The notes under the pieces: generated by a model | Told to the model about the DNA's origin: nothing | The model's input: only the letters and a program-made list of their open reading frames with translations | The model's database searches: none | In this document: positions 1-12,390 of the stretch, piece by piece | How positions within the stretch are numbered: position 1 is the first letter of the stretch | Layout: every line of letters begins with the position of its first letter | Source: an uncultured Candidatus Berkelbacteria bacterium | GTDB taxonomy: Bacteria > Patescibacteriota > UBA1384 > CAILIB01 | DNA: 64,000 nt | Assembly (NCBI GenBank): GCA_903834195.1 | Contig: CAILIB010000003.1 | Location: 5,477-69,476, forward strand | Direction of reading: 5' to 3' | Program-made: the position numbers and the translations under genes

Positions 1-157
1 CCTACCGTTCTACGCTCTCGAGTTATTTGTAGGAGTAATACAAGCTCTCGTATTCTGTTTCCTCACCATTGTTTTTGCATCTATTGCTATCAGTGATCAC
101 GGCGAACCACATGCCGAGGTGCCACTGGAAGCAGTAGCTGTTCAAACAAGTAAGTAA
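1..157 (+). CDS. atpB: F0F1 ATP synthase subunit a, C-terminal fragment (gene runs off left edge)
   Basis: Frame starting at nt 2 reads LPFYALELFVGVIQALVFCFLTIVFASIAISDHGEPH... to TAA 155-157. The LFVG.IQA.VF..LT pattern is the conserved last TM helix of subunit a. atpE follows directly. Confidence 0.85.
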   Translation, partial: LPFYALELFVGVIQALVFCFLTIVFASIAISDHGEPHAEVPLEAVAVQTSK

Positions 158-178
158 AATAAGTAGTAGGAGTTCACA

Positions 179-406
179 ATGAATGTTGATTCTGCACGAC
201 TGTTCGCAATGGCAATCGCCATCGGTATCGGAGTAGTAGGCCCAGCCCTAGCCATGGGACTTATCGCAGGCCGCGGTCTTGAAGCAATTGGTCGCAACCC
301 AGAGACTGAAAACTCAGTTCGAAACACCATGGTACTTGCCTTGGCTTTCTGTGAGTCATTGGCAATTTTTGCCCTCGTAGTTGCCTTGATCATTAAGTTC
401 GTATAA
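179..406 (+). CDS. atpE: ATP synthase subunit c
   Basis: 75 aa two-helix hairpin with the loop GRNPE and the carboxylate in FCESLAIFALV. A GGAG-type RBS (gtaggagttcacaATG) lies upstream. Confidence 0.95.
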   Translation: MNVDSARLFAMAIAIGIGVVGPALAMGLIAGRGLEAIGRNPETENSVRNTMVLALAFCESLAIFALVVALIIKFV

Positions 407-409
407 CCC

Positions 410-892
410 ATGGAAGGCCTCGGCATTGATCTACGCCTGATTATCTTTCAGCTGATTAATTTCATCTTGCTGTTAGGTATTTTGACGTACCTTCTTCATA
501 AACCCATTTTGAAATTGATCGAAACCCGTCAACGGGAGATTAAAGAAGGGTTGGAAAATGCCGCCAAGGCTAAAGCCGCCCTTGAAAAAGCTGAGGAGCA
601 GCAAAAAGAAATGCTGGCTGAGGCTGAAAAACAAGGACGTGCACTCGTGGAAGAAGTACGTGCTCAAGCAAAAGAACTGGAGAAGGTTCTAGAAAACCGA
701 GCAGCTGAAAAAGCAGATAAAATGGTTCAACGTGCTGAAGAAGAAATTCAAGCTGATCGTCTCCGTCTGCATACCGAGCTAAAAGGTGAACTTGCTGCCA
801 TGGTAGTTACTGCCACGAGCAAGGTTTTGCACGAGAACCTGAAGGAAGAAAAGCGTTCTCAAATAGAAAAAATGGTTAACACACTGTCATGA
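410..892 (+). CDS. atpF: ATP synthase subunit b
   Basis: 160 aa with an N-terminal TM helix followed by a long charged coiled coil (AEAEKQGRALVEEVRAQAKELE). Position is between atpE and atpH. The TGA stop overlaps the atpH ATG (ATGA). Confidence 0.9.
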   Translation: MEGLGIDLRLIIFQLINFILLLGILTYLLHKPILKLIETRQREIKEGLENAAKAKAALEKAEEQQKEMLAEAEKQGRALVEEVRAQAKELEKVLENRAAEKADKMVQRAEEEIQADRLRLHTELKGELAAMVVTATSKVLHENLKEEKRSQIEKMVNTLS

Positions 893-1212
893 GTACTGCC
901 AAAACCATTGCTGAACGCTTTATCACCTACCTAAAGGAAGAAGAGCAAATTGAACACCTTGAAGAAATCGCTGGATATATTCAAGCTGAAGCTCTTCGTC
1001 GTCAAGAAATTCATGTTATATCTGCCCTCGAACTTGACGCAAAGGAACGAAAATCACTCGAAAAAACCTTACATGAAAAGTGGGGAGAACACCCAACTAT
1101 TTTCACCTGTGACCCAATTATTCTTTCCGGAGTAATCATCAAATACAGCGACACAATTATAGACCTGTCGGGACGCGCCTCACTTACCGACTTAGCCACT
1201 CACCTGAAATAA
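889..1212 (+). CDS. atpH: ATP synthase subunit delta (OSCP), short form of 107 aa
   Basis: The C-terminal part [21 protein letters not shown]...[27 protein letters not shown] matches the conserved delta C-terminal region. It sits in the operon position between b and alpha. Confidence 0.8.
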   Translation: MSTAKTIAERFITYLKEEEQIEHLEEIAGYIQAEALRRQEIHVISALELDAKERKSLEKTLHEKWGEHPTIFTCDPIILSGVIIKYSDTIIDLSGRASLTDLATHLK

Positions 1213-1213
1213 T

Positions 1214-2725
1214 ATGGCAGAAGACACATTACTTAACGAACTAAAGGAAAAGCTTGGTTCTTGGAAACCAACCTCACACGAACAAACCGTAGGTATTGTT
1301 GAACGCGTTGGTGACGGTATTGCTTCGGTTAGTGGATTACCAAACACTCGCGCCGGCGAACTTCTCCACATTCAAACAGAAGAAGGTCCTGTTCCAGCCA
1401 TGACACTCAACCTTGAAGAGCAACGTATCGGAGTTGTAATTTTAGGAGCCGCTGAAAAAGTTCAAGCAGGTATGACAGTTATTGGTACCGGACAAGTTGC
1501 CACTATGCCAGTAAGTGCCGAAATGATCGGTCGCACGGTCAATGCACTTGGTGAACCAATTGATGGTCGCGGCGATATTAAAGCTGAAAAAAACATTCCA
1601 ATCGAGCGTGTTGCCCCTGGCGTAATTACGCGTGAAGGAGTAAATCAACCACTTCAAACCGGCATAATGGCAATTGACGCCATGATTCCAGTTGGACGGG
1701 GACAGCGCGAGTTAATTATCGGTGATCGTGGTACTGGAAAGACATCGATTGCCATTGATACAATTATCAACCAAAGAAATTCAGGAGTTACCTGTATTTA
1801 CGTTGCGATTGGTCAAAAGGAATCAAAAATTGCTCGACTCCGAGCAGAGCTTGAACAAGCTGATGCAATGGAGCACACAATTATCGTGGCTGCCGGCGCT
1901 TCTGATCCCGCCGCAATGCAGTATCTTGCCCCATATGCAGGCTGTGCCCTTGGTGAGTTCTTCATGGAACAAGGCAAAGATGCTCTGATCATTTACGATG
2001 ATCTTTCCAAGCACGCTGTTGCATACCGTGAAATCTCACTATTACTACGCCGTCCACCAGGTCGTGAAGCGTATCCAGGTGACGTTTTTTACCTTCACTC
2101 CCGTCTTTTGGAGCGCGCTGCCAAATTAAATAAAGAAAACGGCGGAGGATCACTTACTGCTCTGCCAATTATTGAAACACAAGCTGGTGACGTTGCTGCG
2201 TACATTCCTACAAACGTAATTTCAATTACTGACGGTCAGATTTACCTCGAGAGTGATCTCTTCTACCAAGGTGTTCGCCCTGCAGTAAACGTGGGTATTT
2301 CAGTTTCTCGCGTAGGTGGAGCAGCTCAGGTTAAGTCAATGAAAAAAGTGGCTGGACCACTCCGTATTGGTTTGGCACAGTATCGTGAACTTGCATCATT
2401 TGCCCAGTTTGGTTCAGATCTTGATAGTGAGACCCAGGGTCGTATTGACCGTGGCCGACGTCTTACCGAACTTCTCAAACAACCTCAAAGTGAGCCAATT
2501 CCGGTTGGAGAGCAGATTGCCCTTCTATACGCTGGTACACGTGGACTTATCGACAAGATTGCGCCAGAAAAGATCCGCGGCTTCATCGAATTTACTCGTG
2601 ATGAATTAAGTCGAAATCACGCCGATCTGCTTACAAAACTTTCAACCGAAGCATTTGAAGAACCGCTTGAAGCCGAATTGAAATCTACACTAGAAAAGCT
2701 TATTACCTCGTATAGTCACCTCTAA
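1214..2725 (+). CDS. atpA: ATP synthase subunit alpha
   Basis: 503 aa with Walker [12 protein letters not shown] and conserved blocks [29 protein letters not shown] and ITDGQIYL. Confidence 0.98.
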   Translation: MAEDTLLNELKEKLGSWKPTSHEQTVGIVERVGDGIASVSGLPNTRAGELLHIQTEEGPVPAMTLNLEEQRIGVVILGAAEKVQAGMTVIGTGQVATMPVSAEMIGRTVNALGEPIDGRGDIKAEKNIPIERVAPGVITREGVNQPLQTGIMAIDAMIPVGRGQRELIIGDRGTGKTSIAIDTIINQRNSGVTCIYVAIGQKESKIARLRAELEQADAMEHTIIVAAGASDPAAMQYLAPYAGCALGEFFMEQGKDALIIYDDLSKHAVAYREISLLLRRPPGREAYPGDVFYLHSRLLERAAKLNKENGGGSLTALPIIETQAGDVAAYIPTNVISITDGQIYLESDLFYQGVRPAVNVGISVSRVGGAAQVKSMKKVAGPLRIGLAQYRELASFAQFGSDLDSETQGRIDRGRRLTELLKQPQSEPIPVGEQIALLYAGTRGLIDKIAPEKIRGFIEFTRDELSRNHADLLTKLSTEAFEEPLEAELKSTLEKLITSYSHL

Positions 2726-3597
2726 TGGCTTCTACTCGCGAACTTCGCCGCCACATTCGCTCCATTCGCGCCACTCGCCAAGTCACCAAGGCGATGGAGA
2801 TGGTTTCGAGTTCAAAGATGCGACGCGCAATAACTTCAACACTGGCTACCCGTCCGTACGCTGAACGTGCTCTCGCTGTAATTGCCGATTTAAATGCTGC
2901 TAGCGGAGAAGTTACTCATCCCCTACTCACATCTCGTCCAGTTAAAAAGGTTACTCTTGTAACAATTTCTTCAGATCGCGGACTTGCTGGCGCATATGAT
3001 TCATCAATAACTCGTGCTGCTGCTCAATTTATTCAGGAGCGCCAAGCAGAAAAACAGCATGTTACGCTTATTACCTTAGGACGAAAGAGTGAAACAGCTC
3101 TCAGTCACTTAGGTTTTACTGCCGAGCAAAGTTATCCACATTCACTCAGTCATCCAGATCCTGCTGATACCACACCAATTAGTTCAATGCTCACTGGTCG
3201 GTTCTTGAATGGTGAAACAGACGAAGTCTACGTTGTATGGACAAGTTTTAAGAGCGCTCTCAAACAGGAGACTGAGTTACGAAAACTTCTACCACTCCGG
3301 AACGATCTACCTGCCGTCACACCTACACATCAGACCCAATTTCTCTACGAACCCTCCCCTGAAGTTGTTCTCAATTATATTTTGCCACGTCTCGTAGATG
3401 CGCAGTTCTATCAGTTTTTACAGGAATCACTCGCTTCAGAACATGCTGCTCGTCGCCTGGCTATGAATAATGCCAGTGAAAATGCCTCTTCGATTATTGA
3501 TGACCTCCAACTTACCTATAACGGCGTTCGTCAATCTTCAATTACTCAAGAAATTGCTGAAATTACTGGCGGTGCTGCCGCCCTTGAAGAACGTTAA
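2725..3597 (+). CDS. atpG: ATP synthase subunit gamma
   Basis: 290 aa. N-terminal IRSIRATRQVTKAMEMVSSSKMRRA and C-terminal LQLTYNGVRQSSITQEIAEITGGAAAL are gamma signatures. The start overlaps the atpA stop (TAATG). Confidence 0.95.
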   Translation: MASTRELRRHIRSIRATRQVTKAMEMVSSSKMRRAITSTLATRPYAERALAVIADLNAASGEVTHPLLTSRPVKKVTLVTISSDRGLAGAYDSSITRAAAQFIQERQAEKQHVTLITLGRKSETALSHLGFTAEQSYPHSLSHPDPADTTPISSMLTGRFLNGETDEVYVVWTSFKSALKQETELRKLLPLRNDLPAVTPTHQTQFLYEPSPEVVLNYILPRLVDAQFYQFLQESLASEHAARRLAMNNASENASSIIDDLQLTYNGVRQSSITQEIAEITGGAAALEER

Positions 3598-3600
3598 TTT

Positions 3601-6450
<2,850 letters not shown>

Positions 6451-6466
6451 CGGCGCGAGTTAGGAT

Positions 6467-7021
6467 TTATGACGGAATCCGTTCCGCCACATAGATAAAG
6501 AGTCCTGGTGCCATCGACGGATACTCCTGGGCACGTTTTTCTGGGATATGTCGCCAGAGAATTGTCGTTTGTAGTGTCGTAAAGATTCCAATACTAGCTT
6601 CAACTTCTAGATCAATTCTCTCCTGTGAACTTCGTGCTTGCTCTACTTCAGGAAAGAACTGATCACCATTTGGTTTAGAAATCCACAATACTGGAATACT
6701 TGTAGATACACGCTTTAAGCTAAGCGGAACTGAAAGCGCTGATCCAATCCATGCCCAATCAAGATCCTTTCGAACATCATCCAAGAGCGTTTCAAGATCT
6801 TTTAGAGTTGGATTAGGAATTTGTTTTGCATTAAACCCAATATCCGGATAGATAAACCTTCCGAGGGCATCAGAGAGGCCCGGAAAGAAAGGTTGCATCC
6901 TACTTCGCAAAAGCTCAACGGATGAAAAACGATTTGAATTGCTAAAAGCAAATTCGACAGTTGAATAACAATCAAAAGGACTAAACATGCGCCCAGAAAA
7001 ATCTAATTCACCATTTAACAA
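6467..7021 (-). CDS. Hypothetical protein
   Basis: 184-aa ORF, same strand as and 53 nt downstream of the photolyase-related gene. No motif recognised. Confidence 0.5.
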   Translation of the reverse strand: MLNGELDFSGRMFSPFDCYSTVEFAFSNSNRFSSVELLRSRMQPFFPGLSDALGRFIYPDIGFNAKQIPNPTLKDLETLLDDVRKDLDWAWIGSALSVPLSLKRVSTSIPVLWISKPNGDQFFPEVEQARSSQERIDLEVEASIGIFTTLQTTILWRHIPEKRAQEYPSMAPGLFIYVAERIPS

Positions 7022-7074
7022 GGGTCACCTCACTCGGGAAGATACCAGAAAACAAACTTAATTTAAAGTAAAAA

Positions 7075-8448
7075 CTACTTTTGTAAGAATTTCTTAGCTA
7101 TTTGAGTTGTCACTCCCAAGCGTTTTAGTTCTACAATTAATTGCTGTGCACGAATGTTTTTTTGAGCTTTATTTTTTAAATAAAGTAATAAAAGTGAATC
7201 CCACAATCCAGCCTCTGACACACTCAGAGTTCCACCAATTTCAGAAATTCGACTTGAACTCATAAATTGAACTCTATCACTTGAAGTGTTCAAGCTTTGT
7301 ACAAGTTGGACTACAATAATTTCCGTATTCCAATTTACAGAGTCAATCATATGCTCCATGAAATATGAAACTACCGTTTCCATGGTTTGCCCAGTCATCA
7401 ATAAATACTGTGCAACAATCAATCTTTCAGTAAATGGCAGGTAGGCAAAATCAGCTAAGCGAATCTCCAACTCCTGCAAGAAAGTAATAACTTTGGGAAG
7501 TTCTTTAGAAGTACTTTTTGTAAGCACAGCTGCACGCAAATACTGGGCGCGTAAAAATTCACGAGTACCAGCAACTTCTCGAATGTATCGTTCAATAGTT
7601 ACAAGTGGCACATTTTTTCGCTCACCAAATTCAAGAATACTTTTACACACATCAAGTGGAGTAAGTAACCCAATATTAAGAAATGGTGAAAGTGCACTAT
7701 GTGCACCTACAAGCGAATCACTTAAGAGATCATACCGTGCAGCAAAGTGAATTAGTCGGTCATCTTGAAAGTCAGCTAACCAATCCTTTGCATCATTATG
7801 TGTTACAGGCCAAATGAACGGATTAGTAGCACCGGGATTATGTGAAAAATACGTAGCAATATACTCCTGAGCTTCATCTACATACCGATTTGGCTCCATT
7901 TCTGTTACACCAGGCAATTCCTTAGAGGTATCATCACGATCTAGGGTTGCAAAACTCCATCGCCCACCTACTGGCTTACCTTCTGCATCAACTAATAATC
8001 CATGCACCTTACGAGCTGCTTCGTACACTTTTGCATGTGTAAAATTCTGACCTAACGATGAAATATTTTCACGTGTTAGTAAAAATAAATCTGAAGACCT
8101 CTCTTTTGTTGTAATTCCTGCCTTGGAAAAGGACTGTAAGAAGTCTTCATACGTCGTATGATCTGTGATTTCGAAATGTTCAACATCAGTTACACCACGT
8201 TTTTTAAGATGTGTTACCACACTTTCAAGATTTGGATACTGCTGAATATCTAGATACTCAACCTCAAACCCTTTAGTAAGCAAACGCTCTCGCATCGCCT
8301 GCATACTTGCTCGGTGTAAAATCAACTTTTGTTTATGAAATGTGAATCGAGTAAAGTACTCTTCACTTTCGATAATATGAAAAACAGTGTCCGCCGGTAG
8401 ACGGGACAAGGTGCTGAACAAATGATTAGGGAAAATTAGCAGATTCAT
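7075..8448 (-). CDS. Cryptochrome/photolyase-related protein (FeS-BCP / 'photolyase-related' COG3046-like family), divergent C-terminus
   Basis: 457 aa. The N-terminal pattern LLIFPNHLF...HKQKLILHRASMQAMRERL..GFEVEYL, plus GKPVGGRWSFA, HSALSPFLNIGLLTPLDVCK and IERYIREVAGTREFLR, resemble this family as I recall it. The protein has only one Cys. Confidence 0.65.
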   Translation of the reverse strand: MNLLIFPNHLFSTLSRLPADTVFHIIESEEYFTRFTFHKQKLILHRASMQAMRERLLTKGFEVEYLDIQQYPNLESVVTHLKKRGVTDVEHFEITDHTTYEDFLQSFSKAGITTKERSSDLFLLTRENISSLGQNFTHAKVYEAARKVHGLLVDAEGKPVGGRWSFATLDRDDTSKELPGVTEMEPNRYVDEAQEYIATYFSHNPGATNPFIWPVTHNDAKDWLADFQDDRLIHFAARYDLLSDSLVGAHSALSPFLNIGLLTPLDVCKSILEFGERKNVPLVTIERYIREVAGTREFLRAQYLRAAVLTKSTSKELPKVITFLQELEIRLADFAYLPFTERLIVAQYLLMTGQTMETVVSYFMEHMIDSVNWNTEIIVVQLVQSLNTSSDRVQFMSSSRISEIGGTLSVSEAGLWDSLLLLYLKNKAQKNIRAQQLIVELKRLGVTTQIAKKFLQK

Positions 8449-8498
8449 AATAGAATGTGTTGGCCCATTCTAGCAGAATCTGCTCCTAGTGCGAGTAC

Positions 8499-10373
8499 TC
8501 AGTTTGCTGAGCCAGTATTTGTGCTAATCGTATCACTTATTGAGTTTCCATCTTGAATCATAAAGTGACCACTAACCTTTCCAGTCACTGGGTCAATTTG
8601 TACACATGTTAACGTATAATTTTTCCCAGTACTAACATATGTGTAATGATATGTTGAAACTTCAGGATCAGCTGCAATCTTATTAACTATAGCTATAAAC
8701 TTGGGATCTTGAGCAAGTATATTATTAGGATCATCTAAATTCTCAATCACACCGTTCGTAGTTGGAGCTAACCCATCAACATTTGAATCATCCATTTTAT
8801 AGAACTCAATGGCTTTACCAAGTTCTGTAATGTCAGATTTTCGAGTCGCATTCATCGCTTTTATTTTTATATCACCAGACTGGCTTACCGCAGAATTATA
8901 CTCACCCAATAGAATATCTCGAACACTCAACACGTAAGCTGAATTTCCAAACCAGTCTGTATCAGGCTGATATACAGTACCGTCCATCAAATTTTGAACA
9001 GCCGTATTAAATGTACTTGAAACATAATTTTCACCATTTGGAATAGTATCGGTACTTGCAGGCTTATCAATTGAAGGCACTCCATAACTTACAACTTCAC
9101 TCATACTCAACGAAAATCGAACATTACTCGCAGTATCAGGTTCGGAAAATGTAAGATCAACACTATGTAACTGAGCAGTTTCCGGAGTCATTTCTATTAC
9201 AGCATCAAGAGTGAAGTCACCTGCATCAGCTACATCTTTGAAATCAGATTTGTAATCTGATAATGCTTTTATATCTTGCAACTTTATTAACGTGTTTTTA
9301 TCGAGACGCAATGTATATTTTGCATATGCAGTACCATTGTCGCGAATAATACCATTATCCGTACCTACAGCATCAATAATTGCAGCTAACGCTTTCGTAT
9401 CGCTATCTGAAAGATTTTTCATAATCGAAGTATCAGGATGCATAAAAGTATCCAAATAGCTTTGGGGAACATCTATACGCAACCACTTCCCCTTATCTGG
9501 AACTGACTGATATGGGATAAGATTTGATTTTACCAGCGCTTGTTTGTCGCCAGGGAAAAGAAGGGTTGCAAAGGTTAGCTTAGAAGATGCTGTGGGTGTA
9601 ATAGTCGTTTTAGGAAGTAGTTTAGCGATATCAGTAAAATCTAACGATGCAGTGAGAGAAGTATTTTTTGAAGCGTCCTGAGAGTACCCTAGATCCGCTG
9701 AGAAACTGAGTGGCAATAAACTATCAATATTGAACTGGTCTGAAACGACTTGCGCACAAGGTGATGTTTGACACTGCGGGACATCTGCCAATGTATTTCC
9801 TGAATCCGAAAGAAATGCCAACGATGAGAAAATTTTACTATCCCCTAGCTGCAAACCTTTTGCTTTATCAATTTTATCCACTGTAAATGAAAATTTTGCA
9901 GCACTACTCCCAATACTTGAACTCGTAGTATTTAGAAGCATTTTCCCCAAACTAACAGAGGCCTTTCCATAGGTTCCATGCCACAATAGCGGAAGTGGTG
10001 TTTTACGGTATAACTTTGAAAAGCCTGGCAAATACCCATGTTCAGCGAAAGCTACTCCTGTACCAAACAAGACAATAACTACACCTAACGCAATACTGGT
10101 TGGAATAAGATATTTTCGAAAATGTACCCGTGCAGTACGAGCAGGCTTAGCCGGCTTAGCTTCTGATTGAACTGTTGACTCACTGTGTGCAAACAATGTT
10201 TCAACCTGAAGTGTTTCAGTTTGTACAGCTTGATGTACATCAACTTTAGGAGAAAAAGCTTGCGCAACAAGCTCATCAGACCAACCGGCAGTATGCAACT
10301 GAAGTCGAATTTCTTCATCAGAAAATCCACTCGCTCTACAGTTGTCTATATAATTCTGTAATTCCGGGTTCAT
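8499..10373 (-). CDS. Membrane-anchored surface protein with a pilin-like C-terminal domain
   Basis: 624 aa. A short cytoplasmic N-terminal domain (NYIDNCRASGFSDEEIRLQLHTAGWSDE) is followed by one TM helix (IPTSIALGVVIVLFGTGVAFA) and a long S/T-rich ectodomain. The C-terminal ATRKSDITELGKAIEFY...YHYTYVSTGKNYTLTC resembles pilin head domains. Confidence 0.6.
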   Translation of the reverse strand: MNPELQNYIDNCRASGFSDEEIRLQLHTAGWSDELVAQAFSPKVDVHQAVQTETLQVETLFAHSESTVQSEAKPAKPARTARVHFRKYLIPTSIALGVVIVLFGTGVAFAEHGYLPGFSKLYRKTPLPLLWHGTYGKASVSLGKMLLNTTSSSIGSSAAKFSFTVDKIDKAKGLQLGDSKIFSSLAFLSDSGNTLADVPQCQTSPCAQVVSDQFNIDSLLPLSFSADLGYSQDASKNTSLTASLDFTDIAKLLPKTTITPTASSKLTFATLLFPGDKQALVKSNLIPYQSVPDKGKWLRIDVPQSYLDTFMHPDTSIMKNLSDSDTKALAAIIDAVGTDNGIIRDNGTAYAKYTLRLDKNTLIKLQDIKALSDYKSDFKDVADAGDFTLDAVIEMTPETAQLHSVDLTFSEPDTASNVRFSLSMSEVVSYGVPSIDKPASTDTIPNGENYVSSTFNTAVQNLMDGTVYQPDTDWFGNSAYVLSVRDILLGEYNSAVSQSGDIKIKAMNATRKSDITELGKAIEFYKMDDSNVDGLAPTTNGVIENLDDPNNILAQDPKFIAIVNKIAADPEVSTYHYTYVSTGKNYTLTCVQIDPVTGKVSGHFMIQDGNSISDTISTNTGSAN

Positions 10374-10432
10374 GAAACGAAATTATGGTGAAGTATACAT
10401 ATAGTATACGGCCAGTGCAGCTATTTTGCTAT

Positions 10433-11482
10433 TTATGCTGTACGAGCTGCAAGGTAGTCTACAAGCCCCACCCACGCTGAACGCGTATCTTCCGAAACAT
10501 TTTGTTGAAAAACCATATTTCGTGCACTATCAAAATATCGTGTAACTTCTGAACGTACGTACGTTTCAGCTCCACAACTCGTGAAAAGCCACCGTAATCG
10601 ATTTGGATCAACTGAATTACACCCTCGTATTCGTTCCAACTCTCGTCGATACCGTGCAGGTGCCTTATGCATAACGTATTCAGTCAACATCGTATGTTGC
10701 CCATTCACTATCTCTAACATCACAGACTTTTGTATACCTGCTGAACTACCATAGACATCAAGAATATCGTCTTGAAGTTGAAAGGCGAGCCCAATATCTT
10801 GTCCGTACATTTCACAAAAAGAAAGCATTTCTTCAGGAGCACCTGAAAGAATTGCTCCAATTTTCATCGGATATATAAAAGTGTACCAGGCAGTTTTTAG
10901 TTCTGTTTTGCGTAGAATTTCAGTCTCAGAAACATCAGCAAACGTAGTAACATCTAAATCCAACATTTCTCCAAGCACAACTCGATTCATCATTTGGTGA
11001 AATTGTGTTAATACCGAACCCATTTTATTAACAGGAACAGTCCGTTCAAGAATTTCAAATGACCAATTTGCAAGCAAATCACCAACCAATAAGGCCTGGC
11101 TACGCGCAATATGATCAATATCACCCAATCGTCCTTGAGAGTACATGTACCTTTTAAGGTGCGCATGAAGGGTAGGTATGCCATGTCGAATTAATCCATG
11201 ATCAATCAGATCATCGTGGACGAGAGCAAATGCATGAAATAATTCAAACGCGCAGACAAGTTCAGCAATATTATCCACTTCAGTCCCACCTAAACAACTG
11301 TACATCGTATACGCTACAAATGGTCGCGCACGCTTGCCTCCAGCAAGTATTATTTCTGAAACATGACGTACAGCTTCCTGAACTAACGGATTTGGAGCAT
11401 CAAATAGACACCGCTGCATGGTGTCTTCTAGAGTCTTCTCCAGATAAGGCTGAAGTGTATGTTTAAATTGGACAATATCCAC
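10433..11482 (-). CDS. Polyprenyl diphosphate synthase (trans-isoprenyl diphosphate synthase family)
   Basis: 349 aa with both aspartate-rich motifs: FALVHDDLIDHG and FQLQDDILDV. Confidence 0.9.
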   Translation of the reverse strand: MDIVQFKHTLQPYLEKTLEDTMQRCLFDAPNPLVQEAVRHVSEIILAGGKRARPFVAYTMYSCLGGTEVDNIAELVCAFELFHAFALVHDDLIDHGLIRHGIPTLHAHLKRYMYSQGRLGDIDHIARSQALLVGDLLANWSFEILERTVPVNKMGSVLTQFHQMMNRVVLGEMLDLDVTTFADVSETEILRKTELKTAWYTFIYPMKIGAILSGAPEEMLSFCEMYGQDIGLAFQLQDDILDVYGSSAGIQKSVMLEIVNGQHTMLTEYVMHKAPARYRRELERIRGCNSVDPNRLRWLFTSCGAETYVRSEVTRYFDSARNMVFQQNVSEDTRSAWVGLVDYLAARTA

Positions 11483-11529
11483 CCCTCCATGTTACGGACG
11501 GGAGATTAAAGATTTATTAATTATTAAAA

Positions 11530-12333
11530 CTAACTCAATGCTACACTTCCTGCGTCTTCAATAATGAATCCTTCTGCAAGCATTTGAGCATATGCTGGCG
11601 CCACACGATCATCTACAATTTTAGTTTCATTAACTAGTTCCTGATAAGTAAGTTTTTGATGTTGCGTGAGCACACGTAAAATTGCACCGCGAACTTCCCG
11701 GTTTGAGCCAGCAAGCTTCCCCTGTTTTACATAATGTAAACTTCGACGATTTGGATTTGGTAAAGTCTTTGCTAATTGAGATCCATAATCCATCAATGCG
11801 TAATACCACTCACGCGGGTTATCTGCATCCAACGTCGCTTCAATGAGAGGCATTAAATCTTTGTCAGAAACCACAGAATCAGGGGCGAAAAAGTGATGAA
11901 TATACACCCGCCGTATATTAGTCTCAATTACCGGCACCGGTATATTAAATGCAAACGCTAAAATTGCTCCAGAAGTGTACGGCCCTATTCCTGGTAAAGA
12001 CACTAACTCTGTTTGCGTATGTGGTAATAGACCTGCGTACTTTTCAACAACTACCTGAGCCATCTTCTTAAGCGACAACGCCCGTCGATTATACCCAAGC
12101 CCCTGCCAAAGCGTAAAAAGTTCAGCATTATTCACTTCAGATAATGCTTGCCAATTTGGGAGAGCAGATAAAAATGCCTGATATTTTGGAACAACACGAT
12201 CAGTTTGAGTTTGCTGCAACATAATCTCTGAAACCGTAATCGCGTAGGGATCTTTGGTTTCACGCCATGGAAAAGATCTGCCATGTTTCAGGTAGTGATC
12301 AAAAATAATCTGCTTGAATTCAGTAATTTCCAT
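11530..12333 (-). CDS. MutY/Nth-family HhH-GPD DNA glycosylase (MutY-like), lacking Fe-S cluster cysteines
   Basis: 267 aa with VSEIMLQQTQTDRV (MutY-type catalytic Glu block) and the HhH LPGIGPYTSGAILAFAF. There are zero cysteines in the whole protein, and the C-terminus looks like a winged helix rather than a NUDIX-like domain. Confidence 0.75.
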   Translation of the reverse strand: MEITEFKQIIFDHYLKHGRSFPWRETKDPYAITVSEIMLQQTQTDRVVPKYQAFLSALPNWQALSEVNNAELFTLWQGLGYNRRALSLKKMAQVVVEKYAGLLPHTQTELVSLPGIGPYTSGAILAFAFNIPVPVIETNIRRVYIHHFFAPDSVVSDKDLMPLIEATLDADNPREWYYALMDYGSQLAKTLPNPNRRSLHYVKQGKLAGSNREVRGAILRVLTQHQKLTYQELVNETKIVDDRVAPAYAQMLAEGFIIEDAGSVALS

Positions 12334-12390
12334 ACACGTATTGTAGCAAAATAAAAAGCCTCGCCTTGTAGTCTTCTACACGTATTTGCC

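Noticed and set aside
179-406. Possible Na+-specific c subunit, because of the E-S pair in helix 2 (FCESLAIF)
   Set aside because: By hand alignment to the Ilyobacter-type motif, the helix-1 Gln position is Met and the Tyr position is Phe. The full Na+ signature is therefore absent, and a proton-coupled ring is more likely.
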